Assembly: GCA_964016885.1 (NCBI GenBank)
Contig: CAXHJY010001743.1
Span: forward strand, 1 to 64,000
Reading direction: 5' to 3'
Source of the DNA: Eledone cirrhosa
Taxonomy: Eukaryota
DNA length: 64,000 nucleotides
Shown: positions 39,996 through 55,433 of the stretch, piece by piece
Layout: every line of letters starts with the position of its first letter
Numbering within the stretch: position 1 is the stretch's first letter
Translations under genes and position numbers: made by a program
Notes under the pieces: generated by a model
Told to the model about the DNA's origin: nothing
Seen by the model: the letters and a program-made list of their open reading frames with translations, nothing else
The model's database searches: none

Positions 39996-42900
39996 GATTG
40001 CCGTCTCTTATTGATAATTCATTGTCATCCCATCTGAGCCCATGACTTTATAGATGACATTGTAGGCCAGCTGTAGGTCTGCATGGTTTACGACACTGGT
40101 GACAGAAGAGAGTTGTGATTTCCACAGGGCCGGTGGGGTCACCCTCTGTGACAAAATATTTATGTACCACCATGTGTTTTTTTGTTGCATATCACGCCCG
40201 TTGTTTCACCAGGTCTTTGTTGAGTGGTGTTGCGGGTGGTTATCCTTTCATGTGACATCAGGAGATTAACATAACCAGCCTTTAAGAGGAGTATACGCTG
40301 ACAGAAATTGCATGTCCAACTACTGTTGACTTCATCAAGACTGTGAGCACAACCCTTCAGGAGCTGATGCTTCAGTTGTTTATCTTCTAGACGACATTCC
40401 TCAAAAGTTTTAAATTACCCTTTATGCGCTTTCTCCACCCAACCCTATCTAGATCTATCTCCTCCCAGTTGTCTCTATCAAATGCCAGTCTTTGAGGTTG
40501 TTCTTGATGCCGCCCCTGAACCTCATTTTCGGTTTGTGTTGAGGCCTTTTTCCAAGATGGAACTCACCGTAAAACAGTTGCTTCGGAATCCTTCTTTCTT
40601 TCATGCGGACGATATGTCCCTGTCCAGCGTATTTGAGATGTTACTTGGGACTCAATGCTTGGACATTCTGCTTTGATAAGAACATGAATGTCAGGAGTTC
40701 TGTCTTGCCACTTGATGTTGAATATGAGCCTTAAACATTTCTGCTGAAAACACTCAAGCAATTTGGTGCGTTTGTGGAATGGTGTCCAGGTTTCGGCGGA
40801 GTATAAAAGATCAGACAGAACACATGATCAATACACACACACCTTGGTATTGTTGGCAATGTTGCGATTTACCAAAACTATCTTTTCCAATTCTCCGAAG
40901 GCAGCACAAGCTTTCTGGATGCATAGATGTATTTCAGTATCCAAGGAGCCATCATTTGAGAGTGTTACCCAAGTAGACAAATTTATCTACTATTCCCAGC
41001 CTGGTTCCTTCAACTATGATATTTGGTTCAGTATATGGTTCTCAGGGAGCAGGGGTAAACATTACTTTGGGCTTTTTAAGGCTGATTGCAAGCTCTAATG
41101 CTGTACACGAGGATGAGAAAGGGTCCATAATGTGTTGCATGGCAGCTTCTGTGTGTGCTTGGAAGTCAGCGTTGTCGGCGTAAAGAAGGTCTCTGATCAA
41201 AGCTTGAAAAGTTTGTCTTGGCATTAAACCTTCTTAAAGCCTTTCCAGTCGTTCTGAACCGTAAGAGAATTCCTCTGTCACAATCATGGAAAGCATGTGT
41301 GAGCAAGGCAGCAAAGAAGATGGAGAAAAGCGTAGGAGCAGGAATATCACCTTGCTTTACCCCGTTGTCAACTGGGATTTTCGCAGATAATTGACTATTG
41401 AAGGTAACTTGAGCTCTCATATTAATGTGCAGCTGCTTTAGCATACTCACACACTTGAGTGGACATCCCACTTTTCCAAGTATTGTTCAGAGTGAATCTC
41501 TGTTAACTGTGCCAAAGGTCTTCGTTAGGTCGACAAAGACTTGATATAGAGGAACACACGCTCAGTGTATTTTTTCCGTCTTTGTGTTACAGAGAAAATC
41601 ATGTCAACTGTTCCCCTCCCTCCTCTAAAACCAATCTGTGAATCTGGGATAACTGTAGGACAGATATCCTCCTGTAGTTTGTTGAGCTAAACTCTTGCGA
41701 GAACCTTGCCAACAGCTACCACGGTAGTTGCCACATATCGATTTTTCACCTTTGGCTTTGTATAATGATAACAGAATACCGTTGATCCAGGGTCCCATTC
41801 CATCAATCAGTGATGAAGATGCTTATTGCTCCTGTTACATTATCACTACCGACTTTCAACAGTTTGCCTGGGATACCATCTAGACCTGGTGCCTTGCCAG
41901 AGTTAACCTGTTTGATTGCCAGCTTTATTTCACCAGCAGAGGGAAGTAGATCCATACGGTGGACTGTTTCACATTAAGGAAGGCCCTCTATCACTGCAAA
42001 ATTGACTGCTGATGGGTTGTCAAACAGGTCAATAAAGTGTTCCTCCTAACGCTGAAGGAAAAATTGTTAGCTCTTTGATAATGATATTGACATCGTATTT
42101 AGATCTCAGAGGAGTTACTGGGGATGTTGGTGGGCCGAAGATTTGGCGTATCAATGAGTTCGAATCTTTGGTGTTAAGAACCTGTTGGATTTCCGAAGAG
42201 ATGTTATTCCACCACTTATGTTGCATCCTACGCAGTTCACGTTGCAATGTTGCCTTGTGATCTTTGTAGACTTTCCTGACAACTGGTTGTGTTACGGGAT
42301 TCTAATTCAGGATCTTTTCATAGAGAGTGTGCTTGGTTTTCAGTAGCTGATTGATATTAGGATGTTGTCATCAGACAAGTCCTGGTGTTTATTGGTTCTG
42401 AAGCCAAGTACCTGAGCTCCCACTGAGTAAACTTGATCTCTAAAATTTTCCCTGGTGCCATCTAAATCAAGACTATCAAGTCTTTTAGTTAGGGTTACAC
42501 ATACATCTGCTTGCGTCCAGTTTGGTGACATCAATGCGTTTCAGTGCTTTCACTCCACTCATACGAACTCTTGTGCGGTTTCTCATCTTGAACTTTCCTC
42601 GCACTAATTTGTGGTCAGTGCCACAGTCTGCATCACGCAACACACACACTGTACACACATCACTTAGATCTCGTTTATGACTGATGATGAAATCAATCAT
42701 GTGTCCATGCTTGGATCTTGGATTATACCAGGCAACTAACGGAAAAGAGTGTTGCAGATGGTAAAGTTCAGTTTTGGGCAGAGTTCAAGTAACCCCAGGC
42801 CGCTGGTGTTCATCTTACCAACACCAAATGCACCAATAGCGCCCCGCGTCTCATGATAACTACCCACATGAGCATTGAAATCACCTAGAAGTAATAATTC

Positions 42901-43680
42901 ATCGTCAGCAGATGTGCATGCAATGAAAGCACGAAAAGACTCATAGAAAGAATCAAGGACCATCTCACTGGCCTTTAGGGTTGGTGCATAAACAGATAAA
43001 AGGGTTATATAACGGCCATGTCTAAAAGGAATACGAAGCTTCATAATGCGATTGGTTACACCAGTAGGACATTCCACACAATCAAGTTCTAATGGCGAAG
43101 CCAACACCGCCCTCTCTCCGTTCAGCTATAGGTTTACCTACCCTAAAAAGAGAGAAGCCTGATGATACTTCTGTTAATTGATCTTCTCCCGCCAAATGTG
43201 TTTCAGATAAAGCTGCTATGTCTATGTTCAAACTTCTGAGTTCTTTTGTCACAAGTGTAGTTCTCCGCTCTGGACGTCCAGACGAGTTTCTGTCCAGGAG
43301 TGTCCTAATGTTACAATAATAAATGTTGAGTTTGACTCGATTTTTCGCGAATTTTTTGCATTTGCTTTATTCTTATTCCTGCTCGAGTAAGTCAGGGCGC
43401 CTGTGTGTAGACTTGTGACTATAAGCTTCCAACCGGTTAGGTCTGCACATGTTACCATTCGTCTATAGCCGCAGTATTTCAGAAATAGGATAGATGAAGA
43501 AAGACTTAAGAGACATCTGTACACCAGTATATTATAGTGGCAAACACTTGTACAACACGAGTACCACTCTCAGAGTATCCGCAACTAGAGTCCAGTGACA
43601 AGCAAGATGACCGGGATTTGCTTTAACCGCAGGTTTTAAGGAGTTTCCATCTCTCTTATTGACACCCATGCATTTCTTTT
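39996..43680 (-). mobile_element. Near-full-length degenerate RTE LINE (5' UTR, APE endonuclease, RT) with many stops and frameshifts
   Basis: LLSVYAPTL..LLLGDFNAHVG, MIDFII..DADCGTDHKLV (APE); GKAPGLDGIP, FVDLTK, GVKQGDIPAPTLF, DLLYADN (RT); abuts (CATA)n. Confidence 0.92.
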
Positions 43681-44135
43681 GAGAGAGACAGATGAGAGAG
43701 AGAGGTGAGAGAGGTAGTATGAGTGAGAAGAGGGGGGTTTCTGTTGAGAGAGAGAGAGGTGAGAGAGGTAGTATGAGTGAGAAGAGGGGAGGTTTCTGTT
43801 GAGAGAGAGTGAGGTGAGAGAGGTAGTATGAGTGAGAAGAGGGGGGTTTCTGCTGAGAGAGATAAGTGAGGAGGTGGTATGAGTGAGAAGAGGGGAGGTT
43901 TCTGTTGAGAGAGAGAGTGAGGTGAGAGACGTAGTATGAGTGAGAAGAGGGGGGGTTTCTGCTGAGAGAGAGAAGTGAGGAGGTAGTATGAGTGAGAAGA
44001 GGGGAGGTTTCTGTTGAGAGAAAGAGTGAGGTGAGAGAAGTAGTATGAATGAGAAGAGAGGGAGAGGCTTCTATTGAGAGAGATAGGTGAGAGTGAGAGA
44101 GGTAGTATGAGTGAGAAGAGGGGAGTTTTCTGTTG
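43680..44135. repeat. Purine-rich minisatellite, ~55-62-bp unit, ~8 copies
   Basis: GAGGTAGTATGAGTGAGAAGAGGGGGGTTTCTGTTGAGAG repeated. Confidence 0.9.
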
Positions 44136-44357
44136 AGAAGGAGGGGGAGAGAGGGAAAGGAGACGTTGTGTCTAGAGAGATAGAGGGCAGAGAGAGTTAA
44201 AACTGAATTGAACAATATAATGTAGGTGTGACATGAACAAGGACAGCTTTCGATATATGGCGGAATATAGCAGATGTTACAAACTTGGACAAATCTATGA
44301 CGTTTTTACATAACTACAAAACTATGTGTATATCTAGCATGTGTCAGCGTCTGCACG

Positions 44358-44479
<122 letters not shown>

Positions 44480-45023
44480 TCTCTTTCTCTCTCTCTCTCT
44501 CTCTATTATACATATGTGTGTCTGTATGTGTGTGTATATATATAACTATATATATATATACAGTATATATATATATATATATAATGTGGAGAAGAAGCAC
44601 ACGAGTTGGGATATATATATATATATATGTAAATAGGGAGAAAAAGATGATTATTAGGAAGAAAGATATATTTGTTTCCTTTATTTTTTTTCTCTTTTTT
44701 CTGCTGGGTTAGAAAGTGTTTAAAACAAAATATTTTACTTTGTGTGAAGTGTTAATGTATTAGTTAATTTATTTATTAATTAACAATACCATTTATTTAT
44801 TTATTTATTTATTTATTTAATAAATGTCAATTACCGGTTTCAGCATTTTATGCATTATCAAAGGGGGGAATTTGTATTTGTATAAAATGTAGGAGAGAAG
44901 ATAAGGTGATGTTATATATATATATATATATATATATAGATAGATAGATAGATGTATGTGTGTATATACAGGTATGTATGTGTATGTATAAAAATATATA
45001 TATGCATATATGATTCTTTGTTC

Positions 45024-45111
<88 letters not shown>

Positions 45112-45116
45112 TGTGT

Positions 45117-45182
<66 letters not shown>

Positions 45183-46673
45183 TATGGCAATGAGGTGGCA
45201 TTGACAGGATTTCGAGCCAAACTACTTTTTTTCTCAGATATGTTACTTTCTCTACCATGAGTTTGACTTTGCTTTAAAATATTAGGTAATGGACGGCATC
45301 AAATGACACTCCACCATTGTGCATTTATCGAAACTTAGATTTTCAACCCAGCAGTAGTTGTGCACACCTTTGAACATAAAGGACTACAGTGCTCAAGTTG
45401 TGTCTTTGGAATTATATGCATATACAAGTCTCGTGTTAGTCTCTTGATATGTGATTCTCGTGGCTGATTAAACTAGTTATTTGAAATGTAATATGACAAT
45501 AGCCAGTATAGTTAAGATCACCTTAGAAACTTCTCACGAACAGAACTTCAACAGCTTGCAGTGTTTCTCTGATTATGTTTCACTATTCGATTTTTTCCTA
45601 AATTACATACTGTTCACTCTGGTTACGGATCTCCATTGAAACATTAATTAAATAAGCACTCAATACATGACGGTAGAGTCCAAATTTTATTTTGTGAGTA
45701 TAAAACTGACATGTTTATAAAGCACGCAGCATATATTAGAAAGGTTGAAAGAAATTTAATGTAGATAGGATTACGGTTTTATTTACTTATTTGTTGTGAA
45801 AGTAAAAAAAGTGTAAACACATTTTCATTATTCTCTCTGTATACAGAAAATCATAAGAGATTATCTTTACGTTATGATGGTGTCGACAATGGTGATGGCA
45901 GTAGTGATGATAATCATGATAATGATGATGATGATGATGATGATGGTGTGGTGGTGGTGGTGGTAATGATGGTGGTGTCTATGTTGGTTATGATAACGGG
46001 GGTGGTGGGAGTGCTGCTGCTGCTGATAATGATGATGATGATGATGATGAGGAGGAGGAGGAGGAGGAGGAGGAGGAAGAGGAAGAGGAGGGGGATGGTA
46101 GTGGTGGAGGTGGTTGTGGTGATAATGATGGTGGTGTTGATGTTGGTGATGATAACGGGGTTGATGAGAGTGATGCTGCTGCTGCTGATAGTGATGATGA
46201 TGATGATGATGAGGAGGAGGAGGAGGAGGTGGAGTGGGTTAGAGATGATGACGAAGATGCTGCCGTTGCTGCTGCTGCTGATGATGATGGCAACATCGAC
46301 TATAAAGCTAAGGTTCCTTTTGAATGCCGCACGAAATCATGAACATTAGAAGAAGAAGAAGAAGAAGAAGAAGAAGAAGAAGAAGAAGAAGAAGAAGAAG
46401 AAGAAGAAGAAGAAGAAGAAGAAGAAGAAGAAGAAGAAGAAGAAGAAGAAGAAGAAGAAGAAGAAGAAGAAGAAGAAGAAGAACAACAACAACAACAACA
46501 ACAATACAAAAGAAGAGAAGGACAACAATACAAATAGCAACAAGAACATCATGGAGAAAATCGTATTTTTCGTATGTCTACATAGTACATATGTGTGTGC
46601 TCGTCTGTGTGTATGTGTGTGTATATGCATGCAAGTATATATATATATATATATATACATAATGTAGTATATG

Positions 46674-46866
46674 TGTCGGGTCACTCTTGAGTGCTACTGG
46701 TAACCCAGTACACACCTGTCGCTTGGTCGGGTCGTCGGTGACTAAACCGGCAACCCCACCAAGTTTACTTGGTGAGGAGGGGGATTTTGGGACACCCTGC
46801 AGGACAAAAAACAAAACCTTGACATGGGGCGGAAGAACTCATAAGAGTCAACGGCCATCCAAAAAT
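46674..46866 (+). mobile_element. Family Y2 5' fragment
   Basis: Matches 20401-20592. Confidence 0.8.
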
Positions 46867-47096
46867 GTGTTAATATGTATACACTGTACGGGTGTGGGTG
46901 TTCGTAGGATTTATTGCGCGTTTGTCGGTGTACATATATATATATATTTGATAAAAAATTTTTTATTTCAAAACCATTTTAAACCCTTTTAAAACTTTAA
47001 AAAATAAATTTTTCTTTTTTTTTTAATGAGTCAGTGAATCATTGTAACTCACTTGCAGGTGTGATGTCCCGCATATGGGTAAAAAGAAAATCCAGT

Positions 47097-47989
<893 letters not shown>

Positions 47990-48129
47990 TTGGTCCCGGT
48001 CAAAGTTAGAGGTATTAAAATGCGTTTCCTCAAATAACTGAGGAACCGTATATATATATATATATATACGGTTCCTCAGTTACTTGAGGAAACGCATTTT
48101 AATACCTCTACCTTTGACCAGGACCAAAA

Positions 48130-48905
48130 AGCAAAGTGTCAACGAAACGAATAACAGTTGGTTATAAAGAAACCCTAAAGACATTCCAGTGATCATGCAC
48201 ACAACTGTGATGGTTCTGGGAGTCGTGAGCAATGAGGGAGATGTCATGCTTCCTCACTTCTTTCCTTAGGGCCTAAGTGTCAATGCTTTTGACTATAGAG
48301 AGGTGTTTGATAGGGTTGTGAGACCATGGCCAGATAACGTGAGCAACGGGATATCTTACACCTACCAACAAGACTATGCGTCAACCCATAATGTCAAGAC
48401 GACCCAAGAATGGATGCATTACAATCTCCATAATCACGTCACCGCTAACATATAGCTCTCCAGAATCCATTGGAATCCTTTGCAAAACTAATTATGGGGC
48501 GTATTAGAGAAAGTAGTCAATCAACGCCTTCATACCACTACAAAATCACTGAACCCCGTCATAATTAGCACAATGTCCAAAATAGATAAGGAAGAGGTTA
48601 TTTTGCAGTCCCGGTAAAATAGACACCTAGGCTATTTTGCCGGTAAATATTTTTATTATTCTGAAGGCAGGTAATGTCAAAAATAACAAAACACAGAAGT
48701 TTATTTATTTTCACCACCAATTGTTAAGTCAATTTAAAATCTACCCCTAACACTATTTTTATTTATCAGCAAAACAGCCTGGAGGTCGACTTTACCGGGA
48801 TCGGAAAAATAAGCTTTAAAAGCATGTTTCCCTATTTTACCGGGACCGGTAAAATAGTCTATTCGAATACGTAAAGATCGATGCTAGCGGTGGATTTATT
48901 GAGAG
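48130..48905 (+). pseudogene. Tc1/mariner-superfamily transposase remnant, interrupted at ~48595-48862
   Basis: VMVLGVVSNEGDVMLPHFF..VNA.DY.EV...VVRPW...YTYQQDYASTH..KTTQEWM; C-terminal IDASGGFIE after the insertion. Confidence 0.8.
48595..48862. mobile_element. Small element with repeated inverted motif CTATTTTACCGG / CCGGTAAAATAG (MITE-like)
   Basis: Motif variants at ~48597, 48611, 48631, 48791, 48832 and 48846; splits the transposase remnant. Confidence 0.55.
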
Positions 48906-49018
48906 GATGGATGAAGAAAATTCAAGATTATTCATGTAAATGTTACCTCAAGTAAAGCTATTTTTTCATGACTTTGCGTCTTTAAATAAAGGCATGCAAA
49001 TGTTCTAAAAGAATCCTG

Positions 49019-49050
<32 letters not shown>

Positions 49051-49062
49051 CATACATACATA

Positions 49063-49380
49063 CACGACTAGTTAGGAAATTACAATTACAATCCATTAAT
49101 GGAACAGTAAAAATATGTAAAACATTCCAAAAATTCTGCATCTAATAACTGCATATACACATGTATAGATAAAAAGCATATGCACATGCACACATACAAC
49201 TCAAAAATACACATCCACACATATAATAACATCCATATCTACACATGCATGCAAGCAGACATACACACATATCAACCTAGTTGATGTTGTGTAAATTCCA
49301 GTGAGAGAGTCTTGTATCTATGTTAGAGGCCGACTCTCTCTCTATTGGCAAAAGTTTGTGAAATTATAAAACCAGAACAT
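49063..49380 (+). mobile_element. 3' end of a second R4/Dong-like subfamily
   Basis: Matches 56851-57158; (CATA)n on both sides. Confidence 0.8.
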
Positions 49381-49462
49381 ACATACATATACATATATAC
49401 ATATATACATTTATACATATATATATACATATATACATACATACAGAAATACATACATACTT

Positions 49463-49720
49463 ACATGATGGCCGCAAACTCGTGTTCGAGCATTGCCATC
49501 GCCTGATAAAATGCTCAAAAATGTGAGGCACGAGTGTGGCTCTTTAAACCAGACAAAGACTTGCTCCCTCTGGCACATACATGGCAACTGTAGGCTCTTT
49601 GGGACTTTCCACTGCTTGGTTCTGATTGTGTGTTCTCATATGTCTTTTAAGATCTCACATGTTTGCATATTCCTTGCCACATTCATTACACATTTTCAGA
49701 TCATAATCTAAATGAGGTCT
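49463..49720 (-). mobile_element. RTE 3' fragment with a degenerate C2H2 finger and stem-loop tail
   Basis: Minus strand CNECGKEYANM*DLKRHMRTH; tail CTCGAACACGAGTTTGCGGCCATC resembles Y1/Y2 tails. Confidence 0.65.
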
Positions 49721-49732
49721 ACATACATACAT

Positions 49733-50441
<709 letters not shown>

Positions 50442-50595
50442 ACTACATACATACATACCTATATACATTCATACATACATACATACATACATACATACAT
50501 ACATACATACATACATACATACATACATACATGATGGCTGCCCCCTCGTTATCGAGTATGGCCATTGCACAATAAAAAAAAAAAATAAAAAAAAA

Positions 50596-50640
<45 letters not shown>

Positions 50641-50676
50641 GAAAAAAAAAAAAAAAAAAAAAAAAAAAGGGAAAAG

Positions 50677-50709
<33 letters not shown>

Positions 50710-50829
50710 TATACATATATATATACATACACATATATATACACACACATACATACACACACATACATATATACACACACACATACATACACATACACTC
50801 ACACATATATACACACATACATTAATAAC

Positions 50830-50869
<40 letters not shown>

Positions 50870-50948
50870 GCAATAATATTAATAACGACAACAACAACAA
50901 TAATATACATATTCATATATATATACACACACACGCACGCACATAAGC

Positions 50949-50986
<38 letters not shown>

Positions 50987-50994
50987 GATAGCAA

Positions 50995-52824
50995 CTAACA
51001 GTGCTGCGATCGAATGTGGCTTTTTAGCCCAGCCAATGATCTAAAATGTCTTGCACAGAGTCGGCAACCAAAACATTTACTGGGAATAGTCGGCTGTGGT
51101 TGGAGTTCGTGTACTTTTGCATGTCGCTTGAGTCCTCCTGCTGATTTACATTCTCTACCACATGTTTGGCAAGCATGATGAGTAGCATCTCCAACAGCAG
51201 CCTGGTAGTCAACCACTGGTCTTACTTTATGACTGCGAAGATGACTTTCGAGTCCAGCTTTGCTTAGGCAGAGTCTCGCACAGACGCTGCATGTCAGAAA
51301 CATAGGAGGACCCTCGCCGTCTGGAAGTGCAACAGCAATACCCTTCCTCACGTCCCGCTTTACTTTCTCGTGTGCGATTCGAGATGCCTCAAAGGCAACT
51401 TTTCCCTCATATACAGTCTTTCTCCATTTATTACGATCAGCAGCAACATTTTCCCATGTATCAGCAGAGATGTTAGCGTCTTTCAGAGAGGCCTTCAAGG
51501 AATCCTTATACCTCTTTTTTGGTTTATGTGGCGGTCGTTTTCCTTTAACCAACTCTCCATAGAAGAGTTGTTTTGGTATTCTAGAATCCTTCATCCTGGC
51601 AAGGTGACCACTCCAACGGAGTCGCTGCTTAAGCACAAGAGCTTCTATACTGTCACACATAGAGCTTTCCAAAATCTCGACATCACTGATGTGGTCCCTC
51701 CAGCGAACGCCATGTATCCGTCTGAGACACATCTGATGGAAACGCTCCAATTGCCCAAGGTGGCGTCGATATGTGACCCAGGTCTCGCAGGCATAAAGAA
51801 GACAAGAGAGTACACATGCCCTGTACACCCTTACCTTTGTCCTCCTGCATATGTCTCGCCGACCCCAGAGTCGCCTTTCTAGCTTTCCGAAAGCATCACT
51901 TGCTTTCCTAATCCTAAGTGAGATTTCACTGTCAAGGTTGCCGTATCGATTGACAGTGCTTCCCAGGTAGACAAACTGATCAACCACTCCAAGTCGTTTG
52001 CCATACACATAGATGTTTGGTTCAGTGTACTGCCTACCAGGTGCAGGTTGGTACATGACGACGGTTTTCTTGAGACTGACAGTCAAACCCAGGGCAGTGC
52101 AAGCGTCAGAAAATACATTCAAAATGTGCTGCATATCACTCTCTGTGTGCGCTACAAGATCGCAATCATCTGCATACAAGAGGTCTCTTATGACCGATGT
52201 AAATACCTTTGTCTTCGCAGCAAAGCGCCTGATGTTAAATATGCTGCCTGAGGTTCGATATCGGATGTAAACACCATGCTCGCAATTCCTGAATGCAACA
52301 CAGAAAACCATTGCAAAGTATATGGCAAACAGGGTCGGTGCTGGAATATCCCCCTGTTTCACTCCATTTTTTACTGAGATAGGCTCCGACATGTTACCTC
52401 CGACATTAACCCAAGCCCTCATGTCGTCATGGAAAGACCTAACTAAAGCAAGGAACTTATCAGGGCAACCAAGTTTCTGGAGAATCTTCCATAATGCATC
52501 TCTGTTGACAGTATCGAAAGCCTTTGTCAGATCGACAAAAACCTGATACAGATCCAAGCCCTGTTCAATGCACTTCTCCTGGAGCTGTCTAGCTGAGAAG
52601 ATCATATCAGTAGTGCCGCGTCCAACACGAAAACCAGATTGACTTTCAGGAAGGACACAATCTGCAATGTGTGTCAGCAGACGGTCCAGAAGCACCCTAC
52701 ATAAAACTTTCCCCACGACAGAAAGCAATGATATACCTCTGTAGTTCCCACAATCATTCCTGTTACCCTTTCCCTTGTACAAGACCACCATTACTGCATC
52801 TCTCCAGTCCTCAGGCACGGATTC
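50995..52824 (-). CDS. RTE-clade LINE ORF (5'-truncated, no endonuclease): reverse transcriptase plus three C-terminal C2H2 zinc fingers, uninterrupted frame
   Basis: NYRGISLL, QSGFR, FVDLTKAFD, GVKQG, YADD, YLGS; CSVC..HLRSH, CQTC..HAKVH, CRLC..HIRSQH; the first ~22 aa of the listed ORF come from the (TATG)n tract. Confidence 0.95.
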   Translation of the reverse strand, partial: ESVPEDWRDAVMVVLYKGKGNRNDCGNYRGISLLSVVGKVLCRVLLDRLLTHIADCVLPESQSGFRVGRGTTDMIFSARQLQEKCIEQGLDLYQVFVDLTKAFDTVNRDALWKILQKLGCPDKFLALVRSFHDDMRAWVNVGGNMSEPISVKNGVKQGDIPAPTLFAIYFAMVFCVAFRNCEHGVYIRYRTSGSIFNIRRFAAKTKVFTSVIRDLLYADDCDLVAHTESDMQHILNVFSDACTALGLTVSLKKTVVMYQPAPGRQYTEPNIYVYGKRLGVVDQFVYLGSTVNRYGNLDSEISLRIRKASDAFGKLERRLWGRRDICRRTKVRVYRACVLSCLLYACETWVTYRRHLGQLERFHQMCLRRIHGVRWRDHISDVEILESSMCDSIEALVLKQRLRWSGHLARMKDSRIPKQLFYGELVKGKRPPHKPKKRYKDSLKASLKDANISADTWENVAADRNKWRKTVYEGKVAFEASRIAHEKVKRDVRKGIAVALPDGEGPPMFLTCSVCARLCLSKAGLESHLRSHKVRPVVDYQAAVGDATHHACQTCGRECKSAGGLKRHAKVHELQPQPTIPSKCFGCRLCARHFRSLAGLKSHIRSQHC

Positions 52825-52891
52825 ATACATACATACATACATACATACATACATACATACATACATACATGTATACATACATACATACATA

Positions 52892-53029
52892 CATGGTGGC
52901 TGCCAACTCGTTTTCGAGTACGGCCACTACTTTATATCCATGTAGGAGAACCCCTACCGATGCGCTGACGAGTGTGACTTTTTAGTCCAGCCAGCGACTT
53001 GAAAACTCTGGTACAAACACTACACTTGT
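52892..53029 (-). mobile_element. Family Y1 / RTE 3' tail fragment
   Basis: Matches 57386-57525. Confidence 0.85.
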
Positions 53030-53039
53030 GAAAAAATGT

Positions 53040-53368
53040 TACAAAATGAAAAATAACCGAGGTGTCCTACACGAGTGAAAGTATAAAGAAAAAAAGATGA
53101 AATCGAAAATGCAACTGGAGTCTTATTTTTAAAAATATATATATATTTATTTGGTTCCTTTACCGGTTTCGCAGTTCTTCTGCTTTTCAAAAGTACAGTT
53201 GAGATGGAGGGTCTGTGGTTGTTCTCACATCTGAGAAAAATGATGTGAGAACAACCACATACCCTCCATCTCAACTCTACTTTCGAAAAGCAGAAGAACT
53301 GCGAAACCGGTAAAGGAACCAAATAAATATATATATATTTTTTAAAATAAGACTCCAGTTGCATTTTT
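53040..53368. repeat. Family W terminal segment with inverted duplication (~125-bp arms); related scrap at ~4107-4190
   Basis: 53106-53230 mirrors 53241-53368; contains hammerhead 3' half TGC-GAAA-CCGG-TA at 53300-53312. Confidence 0.8.
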
Positions 53369-53456
53369 GCTTTCATCTTTTTTTTTCTCTCTCTCTCTCT
53401 CTCTCTCTCTCCCTCTCTCTCACTCTATATATATTATATATATATATATATATATC

Positions 53457-54330
<874 letters not shown>

Positions 54331-54756
54331 ATATATATAAGATGGTAGAATATATTTCCTAAATCATTTAATACCTTACAAATGTTTCTATACAGATATT
54401 GTAATTAAAACGTAGTCTATTACAATATAGTAAAAGGAAAATGGAAAAAATATATTGAATATAGCTAAACACATTGAACTTAAATATGTTATTAATTGGC
54501 AATTTTGATACTGTTTGCTCTACTCCATATATATCTATATATTGTTGCCTGAATGCATGGTTTTAATCACCAAAGAAAGAGCCCTCAATATGTAATCATA
54601 CAGATAAATATACAGTATTAATGAAATACATGGGAAACTGGCAAGTGACTTCTTTACACACACATCATTTGAAGTAAAATTGACCACCATAAATGAATGA
54701 GAACTAATGTATATTTTCTTAAAGCTGTAAGAGAATTATTCCGTAATTACTATAAC

Positions 54757-54847
54757 AGATGTCTGATGAGCTTTTGATTCTAGAGTCAGGCCCGATCGAC
54801 ATAGATCGAACATTGAGCTTACTAATTCCGAAACGCACGTCACGCCT
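54757..54847 (+). ncRNA. Hammerhead motif with long stem II
   Basis: AGATGT-CTGATGA-G..C-GAAA-CGCACG-TC-ACGCCT. Confidence 0.55.
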
Positions 54848-55142
54848 CAACAAATGTAATGTAAATTTGGCACCTCGTCCATATCATTATTATTATTACA
54901 CTTTGCTTATACACATATATAATAAGTTACAACAGTGACATATACAGGTACATATAAATAAAAATGGCTACATGGTGATTTTGGAAAATATAAATCTCCA
55001 TTGTAGCCCTTTTTATTCATATGGCAGGCTGAATGAGTTGGGATGTATAACCCAATGAAGCTTAAGTACCTGTATATATATCCCTGTTGTAACTAATTAT
55101 ACTTAAATTGTGCTATGGTCTGTGTGTTCTTACCAAACTTAT

Positions 55143-55188
<46 letters not shown>

Positions 55189-55193
<5 letters not shown>

Positions 55194-55378
55194 AACCAGT
55201 AAGACCCCGACGGCTGAGCTCAAGCCGTTTCGACGGCTAATTCTGAATTAGCCGTCGAAACGGCTTGAGCTCAGCCGTCGGGGTCTTACTGGTTCCTATT
55301 ACCCACTCTACTACCCTAAGTATTGAGTACTTTGGTGCGTTATGGTTCACCTGGTTCCTTACCACATTTCCTTCGTTA
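55189..55378 (+). mobile_element. Family Z copy with a perfect 54-bp-arm palindrome
   Basis: 55189-55242 is the exact reverse complement of 55246-55299; (TA)n on both sides. Confidence 0.85.
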
Positions 55379-55401
55379 TATATATATATATATACTGTAC
55401 T

Positions 55402-55433
<32 letters not shown>

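Noticed and set aside
45880-46500. Poly-M/R/S/F ORFs
   Set aside because: Mixed triplet repeats with a local duplication and a (GAA)n tract
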